A stretch of 64,000 nt of DNA from an uncultured Eubacteriales bacterium (GTDB lineage: Bacteria; Bacillota; Clostridia; Oscillospirales; QAMX01), in assembly GCA_905205975.1 (NCBI GenBank), contig CAJLFQ010000001.1:598-64597 (forward strand), read 5' to 3'. The position numbers and the translations under genes are program-made. The notes under the pieces were generated by a model. The model ran no database searches, had not been told where the DNA came from, and was given only the letters and a program-made list of their open reading frames with translations. This document shows positions 54,021 through 63,951 of this stretch, one piece after another (position 1 is the first letter of the stretch; each line of letters starts with the position of its first letter).

Positions 54021-56839
54021 AATCAGGTCTTCATATGAAACACACCCACCACAAAATGTATCGAAAAATGGCTGTCCGCAGTGTGCGCGGATCGATTGCA
54101 CGCTTCCTGTCGATTCTGGCCATCGTGCTGGTCGGCAGCGGATTTTTAGCCGGGCTGCTCGCCACAAAGCCGGATATGCAGCGAACGGCGGACCGCTATG
54201 CGGATGACTGTCATCTCTATGACATTCAAGTGCGCAGCACCTGGGGGCTGGACAGTGCGGATGTCGCCGCGCTGGAAGGTCTGCCGGGCGTCGAGCGCGT
54301 CATGGCATGCGTCTCCAAAGACCTGATTCTGGAGACATCCGACGGCAGCGCTGTCACACGCCTCTACGGCGTCGATCTGACCCGCCCGGACAGCCTGATC
54401 AACGGCTTCCGCCTGAAAGAAGGCCGGATGCCGGTATCCAAAGGCGAATGCCTGCTGGCTGTGCCGAATACGTACGAGGGCAGCCATTCGCTCGGCGAAG
54501 TCTTTACCCTTTCCGAAGACAACCGCGACTATGAAACGCTCGGCGAAACGGTCGCCTTCGATTCGCTGACCGTCGTCGGTCTGGTGGATACGCCGCAGTA
54601 TATGTCCATCGAAAGCGAACCCAGCACCGCAGGCAGCGGCAGCGTTCGGCTCATCATGTATGTTTTCCCGGAATGCTTCTCCATGGACGTCGCAACCGAC
54701 GCCTTTCTGACGGTGAAAGGCGCCGCAGCACGAAATGCCTTCTCCGACGCCTACGGCGATCTGCTTGACGAGCAGACCGAGGCGGTCAAAACGCTGGCCG
54801 AAACCCGGACGCAGAGCCGCTTTGACGAAAAGAAAAACGAAGCGTCGCGCGCGCTTGCAGATGCAAAAGCGGATTTTGAAGCGCGCAGCACGGAGACCGG
54901 CAGACAACTGGCTGCGGCAGAGTCGGAACTCTTACAGGCGGCGCACGAGCTGTCGGCGGAGCGCGCCGCCCTACGCGATGTGCAGGCGTGGATGACGCCG
55001 GCGCAGCTTCAGGCGGCAGAGGCAAAGCTGGAAGAGGCGAGTGCCGCGCTGGAAAAAAGGCAGACGGCGCTGAATGACGCGCTGGAAGAAGCGGACGCGC
55101 AGCGCCAAACGGCAGAGGCGTCGTTCGCGGCATCGCAGGAAGCGCTGGACGCGCTGGAAAAACCCGAATGGATCCTCAGCGACCGCCGCTCAAACGTCAG
55201 CTACCGGAGCTATAAAAGCAACTCCGAAAAGATGGCCGCCATCGCAAAGGTCTTCCCGGTCTTCTTCTTTTTGGTGGCGGCGCTCGTAGCCCTGACGACC
55301 ATGACGCGCATGGTCGAGGAAGAACGCACACAGATCGGTATGCTGAAAGCCATCGGCTATTCCAAATCGCGCATTCTGGCCTATTATCTCGGATACAGCA
55401 TCTTCGCGAGCCTTGCAGGCAGCGCGGCCGGCACGGTGCTCGGCTTCTACACGCTGCCGCCAGTGATTGCCAATGCCTACGGCATGATGTACACCCTGCC
55501 GAAGACGGTGATGGATTTCTACTGGGGCTATGCCGGTCTGATCGTTCTGATTTCGGTCGGCTGCACAACGGCTGCGACCGCAGCGGCCTGCCTGACGCAA
55601 CTCTCGGAAAAACCGGCGGCGCTCATGCTGCCGAAAGCGCCGAAATCCGGCAAGCGCATCCTGCTTGAACACGTCCAATTCATCTGGCGCCGCATGGGCT
55701 TCATCGCTAAGGTGACGGCGCGCAACATCTTCCGCTACAAAAAACGCCTGCTGATGACGGTTTTCGGCATCGCAGGCTGCACGGCGCTGTTGGTGACGGC
55801 GTTCGGCCTGCGCGATTCAATCCACGAAATCGTCGATCGCCAGTTCGGCGAACTGTATCAATATAACCTCACCCTCTACCTGACAGACGACGGCGTCACA
55901 GAAACCAATGCGGCGCTCCACGCCTGCATGACCGACCCGTCCCGCATCACATCCTATGCACTTTTCCACAGTGAAAGCGTGCAGCTCAGCGCCAACGGCG
56001 AACAGCAGCGCGTCACGCTGTATGCCCCACAGGAAACGGCGTCGCTCAAGGAAAACATCGTTCTGCGTGACCGGAAGACCCGTGACGACATCCCGTTCGG
56101 CGAAGACAGCGTTATCCTGACCGAAAAACTCGGCGAACAGCTGAACCTGTCCGTCGGCGACGCGGTCACGGTTGAAAACGCAGACGGCCGGAAGGCGTCG
56201 TTTGCGGTGACGGCATTTGCGGAAAACTATGTGACGGGCGCGATTTTCCTGCCGGCGGAACGCTATGCGAAGGCCTTCGGCACGGCGCCCTCATACCGGC
56301 TGGCACTGGCGAAAACGGCGGACGAATCGGAGGCCGCGCGGAACGCGCTGGCGTCCGACCTGCTCGATTCCGGCGGCGTGCTCATGACGCAGTTCTCGGA
56401 AACCATCCGCGAAAGCTTTGAAAATACGGTCAAAAGCATCGACTACATCGTCGTCGTGCTGATTCTGGCGGCCGGTGCGCTGGCCATGATCGTCCTCTAC
56501 AACCTGACCAACATCAACATCTGCGAACGCGAAAAAGAACTGGCGACGATCAAAGTCCTCGGCTTCCACGAAAACGAAGTCGCCGCCTATATCTACCGCG
56601 AAACGTCCGTGCTGGCGCTGCTCGGGATTCTGGCCGGGTTCGCATTCGGCGTCTGGCTGCATGCGTTTGTCGTCCGGACGGCAGAAGTGGACGCCGTGAT
56701 GTTCGGGCGGACGCTCAGCGGGTGCAGCCTCCTGTATGCGGCGATTGTCACCGTTGTCTTTACGGCGCTGGTGGATCTCATCATGCTGCCGAAACTCAAA
56801 AAAATCGACATGGCGAAATCCATGAAAGCAAATGAATAG
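54014..56839 (+). CDS. FtsX-family ABC permease with two FtsX modules and a large coiled-coil extracytoplasmic domain
   Basis: 941 aa. ATG overlaps the ATPase stop. An Ala/Glu/Gln-rich coiled-coil region (ASRALADAKADFEARSTE...AEAKLEEASAALEKRQ). Two four-helix FtsX-type bundles (KAIGYSKSRI..., KVLGFHENEV...). Confidence 0.85.
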   Translation: MVKSGLHMKHTHHKMYRKMAVRSVRGSIARFLSILAIVLVGSGFLAGLLATKPDMQRTADRYADDCHLYDIQVRSTWGLDSADVAALEGLPGVERVMACVSKDLILETSDGSAVTRLYGVDLTRPDSLINGFRLKEGRMPVSKGECLLAVPNTYEGSHSLGEVFTLSEDNRDYETLGETVAFDSLTVVGLVDTPQYMSIESEPSTAGSGSVRLIMYVFPECFSMDVATDAFLTVKGAAARNAFSDAYGDLLDEQTEAVKTLAETRTQSRFDEKKNEASRALADAKADFEARSTETGRQLAAAESELLQAAHELSAERAALRDVQAWMTPAQLQAAEAKLEEASAALEKRQTALNDALEEADAQRQTAEASFAASQEALDALEKPEWILSDRRSNVSYRSYKSNSEKMAAIAKVFPVFFFLVAALVALTTMTRMVEEERTQIGMLKAIGYSKSRILAYYLGYSIFASLAGSAAGTVLGFYTLPPVIANAYGMMYTLPKTVMDFYWGYAGLIVLISVGCTTAATAAACLTQLSEKPAALMLPKAPKSGKRILLEHVQFIWRRMGFIAKVTARNIFRYKKRLLMTVFGIAGCTALLVTAFGLRDSIHEIVDRQFGELYQYNLTLYLTDDGVTETNAALHACMTDPSRITSYALFHSESVQLSANGEQQRVTLYAPQETASLKENIVLRDRKTRDDIPFGEDSVILTEKLGEQLNLSVGDAVTVENADGRKASFAVTAFAENYVTGAIFLPAERYAKAFGTAPSYRLALAKTADESEAARNALASDLLDSGGVLMTQFSETIRESFENTVKSIDYIVVVLILAAGALAMIVLYNLTNINICEREKELATIKVLGFHENEVAAYIYRETSVLALLGILAGFAFGVWLHAFVVRTAEVDAVMFGRTLSGCSLLYAAIVTVVFTALVDLIMLPKLKKIDMAKSMKANE

Positions 56840-56857
56840 GCGAAAGGGGCATGTTCG

Positions 56858-57433
56858 ATGAACATCGTCAAAAAAGCAAAATGCATCCACATCGTGATCT
56901 CTGCCATTCTGATGGCCGTCGGACTCTGCCTGATTCTCTGGCCGGTCAGCTTTGCATCGCTGATCTGCTGGTTTATCGGTGCGGTCTGCGTGCTGATCGG
57001 CGTCGCAAAACTGATCGGTTATTTTTCCAACGACATCTACCGGCTGGCCTTCCAATTTGACTTGGCGCTCGGCATTTTCACCATCCTGCTCGGCGTCCTG
57101 CTGCTGTCGCATGCAGAGGCGGTCATCACGGCGATCCCTGTGCTGACCGGGTTGTATGTCATCGTAGACTGCGTTTTCAAACTGCAAACCGCATTTGACG
57201 CACGCCGGTTCGGTCTGCGCAGCTGGTGGGCGATCCTGCTCGGCGCCATGCTGGCGGGTCTGTGCGGCGTGCTGCTCATCCTGAACCCGTTTGCCGGCAG
57301 CCGCGTTCTGGCGACTTTCCTGGGCATCTCCCTGATGGCCGACGGCCTGCTGAACATCTGCATCACCGCCAACACCGTCAAGGTAGTGGACAAGAAGAAA
57401 CACATCGAGGCCGACTATGAAATCCGCGATTAA
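56858..57433 (+). CDS. HdeD/DUF308 family membrane protein
   Basis: 191 aa with six hydrophobic helices. GVAKLIGYF and LNPFAGSRVLATFLGISLMADGL are typical of DUF308 repeats. Confidence 0.7.
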   Translation: MNIVKKAKCIHIVISAILMAVGLCLILWPVSFASLICWFIGAVCVLIGVAKLIGYFSNDIYRLAFQFDLALGIFTILLGVLLLSHAEAVITAIPVLTGLYVIVDCVFKLQTAFDARRFGLRSWWAILLGAMLAGLCGVLLILNPFAGSRVLATFLGISLMADGLLNICITANTVKVVDKKKHIEADYEIRD

Positions 57434-58400
57434 AACGGTTTCGGAACGGTTTACCGTCTGCTCAGAGCAGGACGGTCTGGCGCTCGCCGGGATTGCCGTC
57501 TACCCGGAGAACATGGTGCCAACAGCAGTGCTTCAGATTTCACACGGCATGATCGAACACAAAGAGCGGTACCTGCCGTTCATGCAGTGGATGGCGGAAC
57601 ACGGCGTCGCCTGCGTCATCCACGATCACCGGGGTCATGGAGAAAGCGTCTTCTCGCCGGCTGAGCTGGGCTATTTCGGCGAAAACGGCGGCGACGCGCT
57701 GGTGCGCGACCTCTATCAGGTGACGGGATGGGCGAAACGGCGGTTCGGCCGCCTGCCGTTCTTCCTGCTCGGCCACAGCATGGGCTCTTTGGCGGCGCGG
57801 GCCTATGTCCGGCATTACGGCCGGGCGCTGGACGGCCTGATTGTCTGCGGCTCACCAAGCCGCAGAACCGGCGCATCTTCGGCGGAACGGATTCTGGGGC
57901 GCCTCACGCGGGACGAACACCGGCGCAATCCGAAGTTCGACCGCCTGTTTGCGGATCTCTTTGAACGCCCATACCGCAGCGAAAACCTGCCGTATGCATG
58001 GATCTGCTCCGACCGCGCCGTGGTCGAGGCGCACAACGAGGATCCGCTCTGTACGTTTACCTTCACGGTGAACGGCTATCGCTCGCTGTTCTGGCTGATG
58101 CATGAGGCTTACGATATGCCGCGGGATTCCGCAGCCTGCCCGGATCTGCCGGTGCGATTCATCTCCGGCGCTGACGACGTCTGCCTGATCAGCCGCCGCC
58201 GCTTTGCCGACGCGGTGGAAACCATGCGCAGAGCCGGATACCGGAACGTGACCGCCCGCCTGTTCCCGGGGATGCGGCACGAGATCCTGCTGGAATCAGG
58301 CTGCCTGCGCGTTTATCACGACATTCTGCGCTTTATAACCCCTAATGCGGGGATAGAAAACGCTCAGCCGGAGGCTGACGCATCGGAGGAAAGCAAATGA
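57417..58400 (+). CDS. Alpha/beta hydrolase (lysophospholipase/monoacylglycerol-lipase-like)
   Basis: 327 aa. HGMIEHKERY, nucleophile elbow LLGHSMGS, C-terminal MRHEIL. Overlaps the upstream stop. Confidence 0.8.
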   Translation: MKSAIKTVSERFTVCSEQDGLALAGIAVYPENMVPTAVLQISHGMIEHKERYLPFMQWMAEHGVACVIHDHRGHGESVFSPAELGYFGENGGDALVRDLYQVTGWAKRRFGRLPFFLLGHSMGSLAARAYVRHYGRALDGLIVCGSPSRRTGASSAERILGRLTRDEHRRNPKFDRLFADLFERPYRSENLPYAWICSDRAVVEAHNEDPLCTFTFTVNGYRSLFWLMHEAYDMPRDSAACPDLPVRFISGADDVCLISRRRFADAVETMRRAGYRNVTARLFPGMRHEILLESGCLRVYHDILRFITPNAGIENAQPEADASEESK

Positions 58401-59569
58401 AAATTCTGATGGTCATCGATCAGTTCTACGCAGCCAACAACGGGATGACGATTTCCGCGCGGCGTTTTGCCGAGGTCCTGCGCCAGCACGGCCATGAAGT
58501 CCGGATTGCGTCCACCGGAAAGCCGGAGCAGCTCAGCGAAGGCGAAACGGCTTACCTGATGGAAAAGCAGTATATCCCCGTGTTTGACAAGCTGGTCTCT
58601 TCCCAGGGGATGACGTTTGCCAAAACGGACGAGAAGCTGCTGGAAGAGGGCATCGCATGGGCCGACATCGTCCACTTCTTGGTGCCGTTTGCCCTGACGC
58701 ACCACGGCCTCAAAATCGCCGAGCGAATGCACAAACCGTTTACCGCGGCGTTCCACGTCCAGCCGGAAAACGTCTCGTCGTCCATCCATCTGGGCAAAGT
58801 GGATTTTGTCAATGCGGGCATTTACCACTGGTTCCACTATTACGTCTATAAAAAATGCGAACATATCCACTGCCCTAGCCAGTTTATCGCGGATGAACTC
58901 CGGAAGCACGGCTATACCGGGCAGCTCCATGTGATTTCCAACGGCATTGACCCCGATTTTGTCTACCGCAAACTGCCGAAAGATGCGTCGCTGGCCGGAA
59001 AATTCGTGATTCTGATGGTCGGCAGGCTGTCCATTGAAAAACGGCAGGACGTTTTGATTGGCGCCGTCGCAAAAAGCAGACACCGCGATGAGATCCAGCT
59101 TGTGCTGGCGGGAAAAGGTCCGCGGCAGGAGGCGCTTGAAAAACAGGCGGACCAGCTGGGGCTTTCCGTCCGGTTCGGTTTCTATCCGAAACCGCAGCTT
59201 CTGGATCTGATCGCGATGAGCGATCTCTACGTCCACGCGGCAGACATGGAAATCGAAGCCATGAGCTGCATGGAGGCATTTGCAGGCGGGCTGGTTCCGA
59301 TCATCGCCAACAGCCCCAAAAGCGCGACGCCGCAGTTTGCGATCGATTCGCGCAGCCTCTTTGAAGCGGGCAACAGCAGCGATCTGGCGGATCACATCGA
59401 TTACTGGTTCGAGCATCCGGAGGAACGGCAGCAGATGGAGCACGCCTACGCCGAACTGGCGAAGCAGTACAACCTCGAGCAGTGTGTCCGTCAGGCGGAA
59501 GCCATGTTTGAACAGGCGATTGCCGAAAACAAAGAAAATGCCCAGCCGGCAGAGGCAGCGCCGGTATGA
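58397..59569 (+). CDS. GT4-family glycosyltransferase (glycolipid synthase-like)
   Basis: 390 aa. MKILMVIDQFYAANNGMTIS. C-terminal E-x7-E type block EIEAMSCMEAFAGGLVPI. ATGA overlap with the upstream gene. Confidence 0.8.
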   Translation: MKILMVIDQFYAANNGMTISARRFAEVLRQHGHEVRIASTGKPEQLSEGETAYLMEKQYIPVFDKLVSSQGMTFAKTDEKLLEEGIAWADIVHFLVPFALTHHGLKIAERMHKPFTAAFHVQPENVSSSIHLGKVDFVNAGIYHWFHYYVYKKCEHIHCPSQFIADELRKHGYTGQLHVISNGIDPDFVYRKLPKDASLAGKFVILMVGRLSIEKRQDVLIGAVAKSRHRDEIQLVLAGKGPRQEALEKQADQLGLSVRFGFYPKPQLLDLIAMSDLYVHAADMEIEAMSCMEAFAGGLVPIIANSPKSATPQFAIDSRSLFEAGNSSDLADHIDYWFEHPEERQQMEHAYAELAKQYNLEQCVRQAEAMFEQAIAENKENAQPAEAAPV

Positions 59570-60384
59570 GCGGAGAAGACATCCGCCCCGACCTGCGGGA
59601 AGACGCAGAGGCCCCGGCTTACCGGACGGAATCCGCCGACGAACACGTCTTCCATATGTGGGAACCGTTGAAATTTGAGACGAAAGCCGGGTATGACTAC
59701 TGCCGGAAAGCGTGGTATCTCTGCGCGCTGACGGCGGTTGTCCGGACGTTTGCGTTCGTCGTGCTGCAAATTTATGAGCGCCTGATCCTCGGGTACCGCG
59801 TCGTCGGACGGGAAAACCTGAAGCCGCTCCGCGGAAAAGGCGCCGTCACCGTCTGCAACCACGTCCATCCGCTCGACTGCACGATGGTGGACCTGGCGCT
59901 CTACCCCAAGCGGACGTATTACCTCACGCTGGAGAGCAACTTCCGCATCCCCGGCATCCGCCATCTGATCCGCGTTCTGGGCGGCGTCCCGCTGCCCGGA
60001 CAGCCCAAACGGATGCTGGAGATGTTCCGCGCCATGGGGGAAGCCGCCGACGGCGGCGCCGTTGTCCATATCTATCCGGAGGGCGTGCTGATTCCCTACT
60101 GCGAGACGCTGCGGCCCTTCAAAAACGGTGCGTTTCGCTTTGTCGCGCAGAAACAGCTGCCTGTCGTTCCGATGGTCATCACGCAGCGGCAGCCGAAAGG
60201 CCTGTACCGCTTGCTCAAACGGAAGCCGTGCCTGACGCTGAACATCCTGCCGGCGCAGATGCCGGACGGCGCGATGAAGCCGAAAGCCGCAGCCGCGGCG
60301 CTGGCATCCGAGTGCCGCATTGCCATGCAGCACCGCATGGATCTCTGCCGGAAAAACGAAACAAAAGGTGGATCGACCGCATGA
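59566..60384 (+). CDS. Lysophospholipid (1-acyl-sn-glycerol-3-phosphate-type) acyltransferase
   Basis: HX4D motif VCNHVHPLDC, plus VHIYPEG. ATGA overlap with the upstream gene. Confidence 0.8.
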   Translation: MSGEDIRPDLREDAEAPAYRTESADEHVFHMWEPLKFETKAGYDYCRKAWYLCALTAVVRTFAFVVLQIYERLILGYRVVGRENLKPLRGKGAVTVCNHVHPLDCTMVDLALYPKRTYYLTLESNFRIPGIRHLIRVLGGVPLPGQPKRMLEMFRAMGEAADGGAVVHIYPEGVLIPYCETLRPFKNGAFRFVAQKQLPVVPMVITQRQPKGLYRLLKRKPCLTLNILPAQMPDGAMKPKAAAAALASECRIAMQHRMDLCRKNETKGGSTA

Positions 60385-61196
60385 ATCAAACACTCTATGA
60401 GGCCATTGCCGTGGTTTTCTGCTACGGCTTTCTGGGCTGGTGCGCAGAGGTTGTCTTTGCCGCCTGCACCAAAGGAAAATTTGTCAACCGCGGGTTTCTC
60501 TGCGGGCCGATCTGCCCGATCTACGGCGTCGGCGTCCTGATCGTCACGACGCTGCTGGAACCTGTGCGGGAGAATCTGGCGCTTCTGTTCATCGGCTCGA
60601 CACTCCTGACCAGCCTGCTCGAATGGCTGACAGGCTTCCTGCTGGAAAAAATCCTCCATCAGAAATGGTGGGACTATTCCAACATGCCGCTGAACATCGG
60701 CGGCTATATCTGCCTGCGCTTCTCGCTCGTCTGGGGCATCGCCTGTATGCTGGTTGTGCGCGTCGTACATCCGGCCGTGATGAAGCTGCTGCGTCTGATC
60801 CCGGTATCCATCGGCGTGCCGGTGGAAATCGGACTGATCGGCGTCATTCTCGTAGACTTCGTTGTGACGTTCATCGGTGTCCTCCATCTGGGCAGCCGGA
60901 TGAAGCGTCTGGCAGAGCTGGACGAGGCGCTGCATGTCGTCTCGGATGCGCTGGGCGAAAGTCTGGCCAGCCACGCGCTCTCCGCAAAGGAGAAAAACGC
61001 CCGGTTTGCAGCCGAGATGAATGCAAAGCATCCGGAACTCCGCGAACGCTACGAACGGTATAAAGCGCTTGCGGCGCAGAAAAACTTTACGCATAACCGC
61101 ATCCTGCGCGCCTTCCCGAATATCCAGAAGGGCCGCTATGCCAAGCTGATTCAGGATATCAAAGACAACCAGAACCGCAAAAAACATCAGGCTTAA
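60381..61196 (+). CDS. Polytopic membrane protein (putative ABC-transporter type IV / DUF1113-like)
   Basis: Start trimmed to ATG 60381 (ATGA overlap). MNQTLYEAIAVVFCYGFLGWCAEVVFAACTKGKFVNRGFLCGPICPIYGVG, followed by a C-terminal charged tail. Confidence 0.6.
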   Translation: MNQTLYEAIAVVFCYGFLGWCAEVVFAACTKGKFVNRGFLCGPICPIYGVGVLIVTTLLEPVRENLALLFIGSTLLTSLLEWLTGFLLEKILHQKWWDYSNMPLNIGGYICLRFSLVWGIACMLVVRVVHPAVMKLLRLIPVSIGVPVEIGLIGVILVDFVVTFIGVLHLGSRMKRLAELDEALHVVSDALGESLASHALSAKEKNARFAAEMNAKHPELRERYERYKALAAQKNFTHNRILRAFPNIQKGRYAKLIQDIKDNQNRKKHQA

Positions 61197-61206
61197 CCAA
61201 AACTCA

Positions 61207-61250
61207 AACAGCCCGCCGCAAAGGAAATCTTTGCAGCGGGCTGTTTTGCT
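61207..61250. terminator. Stem-loop terminator between convergent genes
   Basis: acagcccgc (61208-61216) pairs with gcgggctgt (61236-61244), with inner gcaaag/ctttgc pairing, followed by TTTT. Confidence 0.8.
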
Positions 61251-61305
61251 GTATCGGCGGGCGGCTGATGCCGGATGCTCAAAGGCGCCGGCGCCCACGG
61301 GAAAA

Positions 61306-61932
61306 TCAGTCGAAGGGAACGACCCAATCGGGCGATTCGTTGGCGTCGAAGCACATCAGGATCTGTTCGCGCGTGTTTTTTTCGACGGCGAGCGGCGACG
61401 GGAGCTCATCCCGGCCGAAGAAGCGGCAGGCTGTCGTTTCGGCGTTGGGCGCAAAGGTTCCGCCGCCGGTCACGGCGCAGCGGATGAATACCTTGACGAT
61501 GCCGTAGGCGTAGCGGGGCGTATTGTGACGGTTGCGGTCCTGCACGGCGATCAGCCGGTCGGCGGCAACGTGCAGTCCGGCTTCTTCCAGCGTTTCCTTG
61601 ACGGCGTTGCCGCCGACGGATTGGTTGACGTCGCACCAGCCGCCGGGCAGCGCCCATGTGCCGTTCTGCTCCTGCACCAGCAGGATCTTGCCGTCCTGGA
61701 AGACGGCGGCACGCGTATCGACTTTCGGCGTCTGATAGCCGGTTTCACCGCAGAAAAGATCCTGCACCTTTTCCAGCGGCAGATCGGTCTGCGCGGCGAC
61801 CATTTCTGCGGCAATCGCGCGGAGCCGCGTATACCGCTCGATGTCGAACGGGTTTTGCCCATAGGCCAGCCCAGCCTGCGCCAGACTCTGAATTTCAACG
61901 GCCCAGTCCAGCCATTGATCTTTGGCAATCAT
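61306..61932 (-). CDS. NUDIX hydrolase with N-terminal Nudix_N-type extension
   Basis: 208 aa. Nudix box GGWCDVNQSVGGNAVKETLEEAGL. N-terminus WLDWAVEIQSLAQAGLAYGQNPFDIERY. Confidence 0.85.
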   Translation of the reverse strand: MIAKDQWLDWAVEIQSLAQAGLAYGQNPFDIERYTRLRAIAAEMVAAQTDLPLEKVQDLFCGETGYQTPKVDTRAAVFQDGKILLVQEQNGTWALPGGWCDVNQSVGGNAVKETLEEAGLHVAADRLIAVQDRNRHNTPRYAYGIVKVFIRCAVTGGGTFAPNAETTACRFFGRDELPSPLAVEKNTREQILMCFDANESPDWVVPFD

Positions 61933-61944
61933 GCAGCGCGCCCC

Positions 61945-62784
61945 CTATTCGGCATTTCGGGCGTAGAACCAGACGCCGACGGCCCCGGCGGCGAAGAGCA
62001 GGATGCCGGCCGGAATCTCCAACCCGGACGGCACATGCGGCATGCTGGAGAAAATCTCCAGCACGGAGCCGAGCACGAAGCCGATGATGGCAAAATACGT
62101 CGGGCCGGGGTACTTGGACATCGCCTTTTCGAGCAGCTTTGTCGTCAGGAGAATCCCGGCGACAAGCCCCAGCCCAAGAGGCAGGAGGAACCAGAAGTCA
62201 AATGTCGCCGGCTGAAGCGACGCCATGAATTTTTCGTGGATGGAAAACACCGCCAGAATCGAGGAAAAGCTGATGCCGGGCAGAACGAGCGCAACGGCCA
62301 GCGGCAGACCGAGCAAAAAGAGAATGCAGAACGTCTGGAAGCTGTGTCCTTCGACGGCGAAGAGATCTTTCGGGACGAGTGCCGTCGCCAGCGCAAGGCC
62401 GAACCCGATCAGCAGAAAGAGCACGGAGACAAAGTTGAAGCCCCCGCGGGATTTCCGGACAAGCAGCGGGAAGCTGCCTGCGATGGCGCCTGCAAACAGG
62501 CAGAGCATCGGCACCTCCCAAAGTTCAACGAGCATCAGAAGCAGTTTTGAGCAGAGGACGAGACCGAGCAGACCGCCGACAGCAACCGTCAGCAGGAAAA
62601 GGCCGTTTTTCCACATGTCTTTGAAGAACTCGGCGACGGCCGCGATGAGCTGGTCATAGATGCCGAGGATGATGGCGGTTGTCCCGCCGCTGACGCCGGG
62701 GATGAGCATGACGGCGCCGATGATAAAACCGTACAGGATGTTTTTGAACGCCGCCAGCAGGGACGGCTTCGCAATGTGTTTCAT
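61945..62784 (-). CDS. DUF368 family membrane protein (polyprenyl-phosphate transporter family)
   Basis: ATG 62784 (MKHIAKPS...); the ORF track lists TTG 62799. Signature MLIPGVSGGTTAIILGIYD, with a second PGISFSSIL half-repeat. Confidence 0.8.
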   Translation of the reverse strand: MKHIAKPSLLAAFKNILYGFIIGAVMLIPGVSGGTTAIILGIYDQLIAAVAEFFKDMWKNGLFLLTVAVGGLLGLVLCSKLLLMLVELWEVPMLCLFAGAIAGSFPLLVRKSRGGFNFVSVLFLLIGFGLALATALVPKDLFAVEGHSFQTFCILFLLGLPLAVALVLPGISFSSILAVFSIHEKFMASLQPATFDFWFLLPLGLGLVAGILLTTKLLEKAMSKYPGPTYFAIIGFVLGSVLEIFSSMPHVPSGLEIPAGILLFAAGAVGVWFYARNAE

Positions 62785-62918
62785 CGTGCATTCTTCCAAT
62801 CTGGTCTTGCGTGCAGCGGCACGTTTTTTTGAAAGCGGCAGTCATAGAAGGCGGCCGCAGGGTCATAGATTCAATATATGATGCAGTGCGGATTGGCATA
62901 CGGAGAGGAGGCGGCGCA

Positions 62919-63950
62919 GTGCGGGTGCAGGCATTTCTGCGGTTGGCGCTGACCTGCCCGCCGTTTGGTATGGCGGTACTGCTGACTGCAGGCATGGTGC
63001 TGGTCAACGGCGGCACGGATGCGCCAAACGCCATTGCCGGATGCGTCGCATCCCGCGCCATTCGTCTGAAACCGGCTGTCCGGCTGGCGGCGGTCTGCAA
63101 CCTGCTGGGCGCGCTGGCGGCATCCCTGCGCCCGGCCGTAGCGGATACGGTCGCGGGTCTGGCGGACTTCGGCACAGGGCAGGAGGCGGTTCTGGCGCTT
63201 TGCGCCGGGATGACGGCCGTCGTCGTCTGGTCGGCCGCGGCATGGATGCTTGGGCTCCCGACGAGCGAAAGTCATGCGCTGATTGCCGGGCTGAGCGGCG
63301 CTTCCATGGCCGTGCACCACGGGTTCGGCGGTCTCTGCTGGATGCCGTGGCGGCGGACGCTGATCGGGCTGCTCCTGTCCACGCTTCCGGCATTTCTGGC
63401 GGGCATGGCGGCGAACCGGCTGATTGTGCGGCTCAACCGGGCAAAAGACCGGCGCAGACAGGCGGCGCTTTTTCGGCGGGCGCAGATCATGGGCGGCGCG
63501 GCGATGGCGTTTGCCCACGGCGCACAGGACGGACAGAAATTCACCGGCGTACTGCTGCTCAGCGCATCGCTGGCACAGCAGACGGATCTGGGGGCAGCGC
63601 CGCTCTGGCTGACAGCGGCTGTCGCCTTGCTGATGGCGGCGGGAACGTCGCTCGGCGGACAGAAGATTATCCGAACGGTCGGCGTTCGGATGTCCAGACC
63701 GGAGCCGTATGTGTCTGTGGCGGCGGATCTCTCCGCGGCGGTTCTGCTGACCGGCGCCGCGCTGACGGGTATCCCTGCCAGTACGACGCATGGAAAAACA
63801 GCGGCGCTCATGGGTTCCGCCGCGGCAAGGCGCATGCGGGCGGTCAACTGGCGGGTGGCCGGTGAAATGGCGTGGGCATGGGTGCTCACGTTTCCCGGCT
63901 GCGCCGCAGCGGGGTACATAGCGGCAAGGATCTTTTTGAGAATGGGGTGA
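62919..63950 (+). CDS. PiT-family inorganic phosphate transporter
   Basis: GTG 62919 lies 7 nt after gaggagg; the ORF track starts at 62811. GGTDAPNAIA, FAHGAQDGQKF, STTHGKTAALMG. Confidence 0.85.
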   Translation: MRVQAFLRLALTCPPFGMAVLLTAGMVLVNGGTDAPNAIAGCVASRAIRLKPAVRLAAVCNLLGALAASLRPAVADTVAGLADFGTGQEAVLALCAGMTAVVVWSAAAWMLGLPTSESHALIAGLSGASMAVHHGFGGLCWMPWRRTLIGLLLSTLPAFLAGMAANRLIVRLNRAKDRRRQAALFRRAQIMGGAAMAFAHGAQDGQKFTGVLLLSASLAQQTDLGAAPLWLTAAVALLMAAGTSLGGQKIIRTVGVRMSRPEPYVSVAADLSAAVLLTGAALTGIPASTTHGKTAALMGSAAARRMRAVNWRVAGEMAWAWVLTFPGCAAAGYIAARIFLRMG

Positions 63951-63951
63951 G

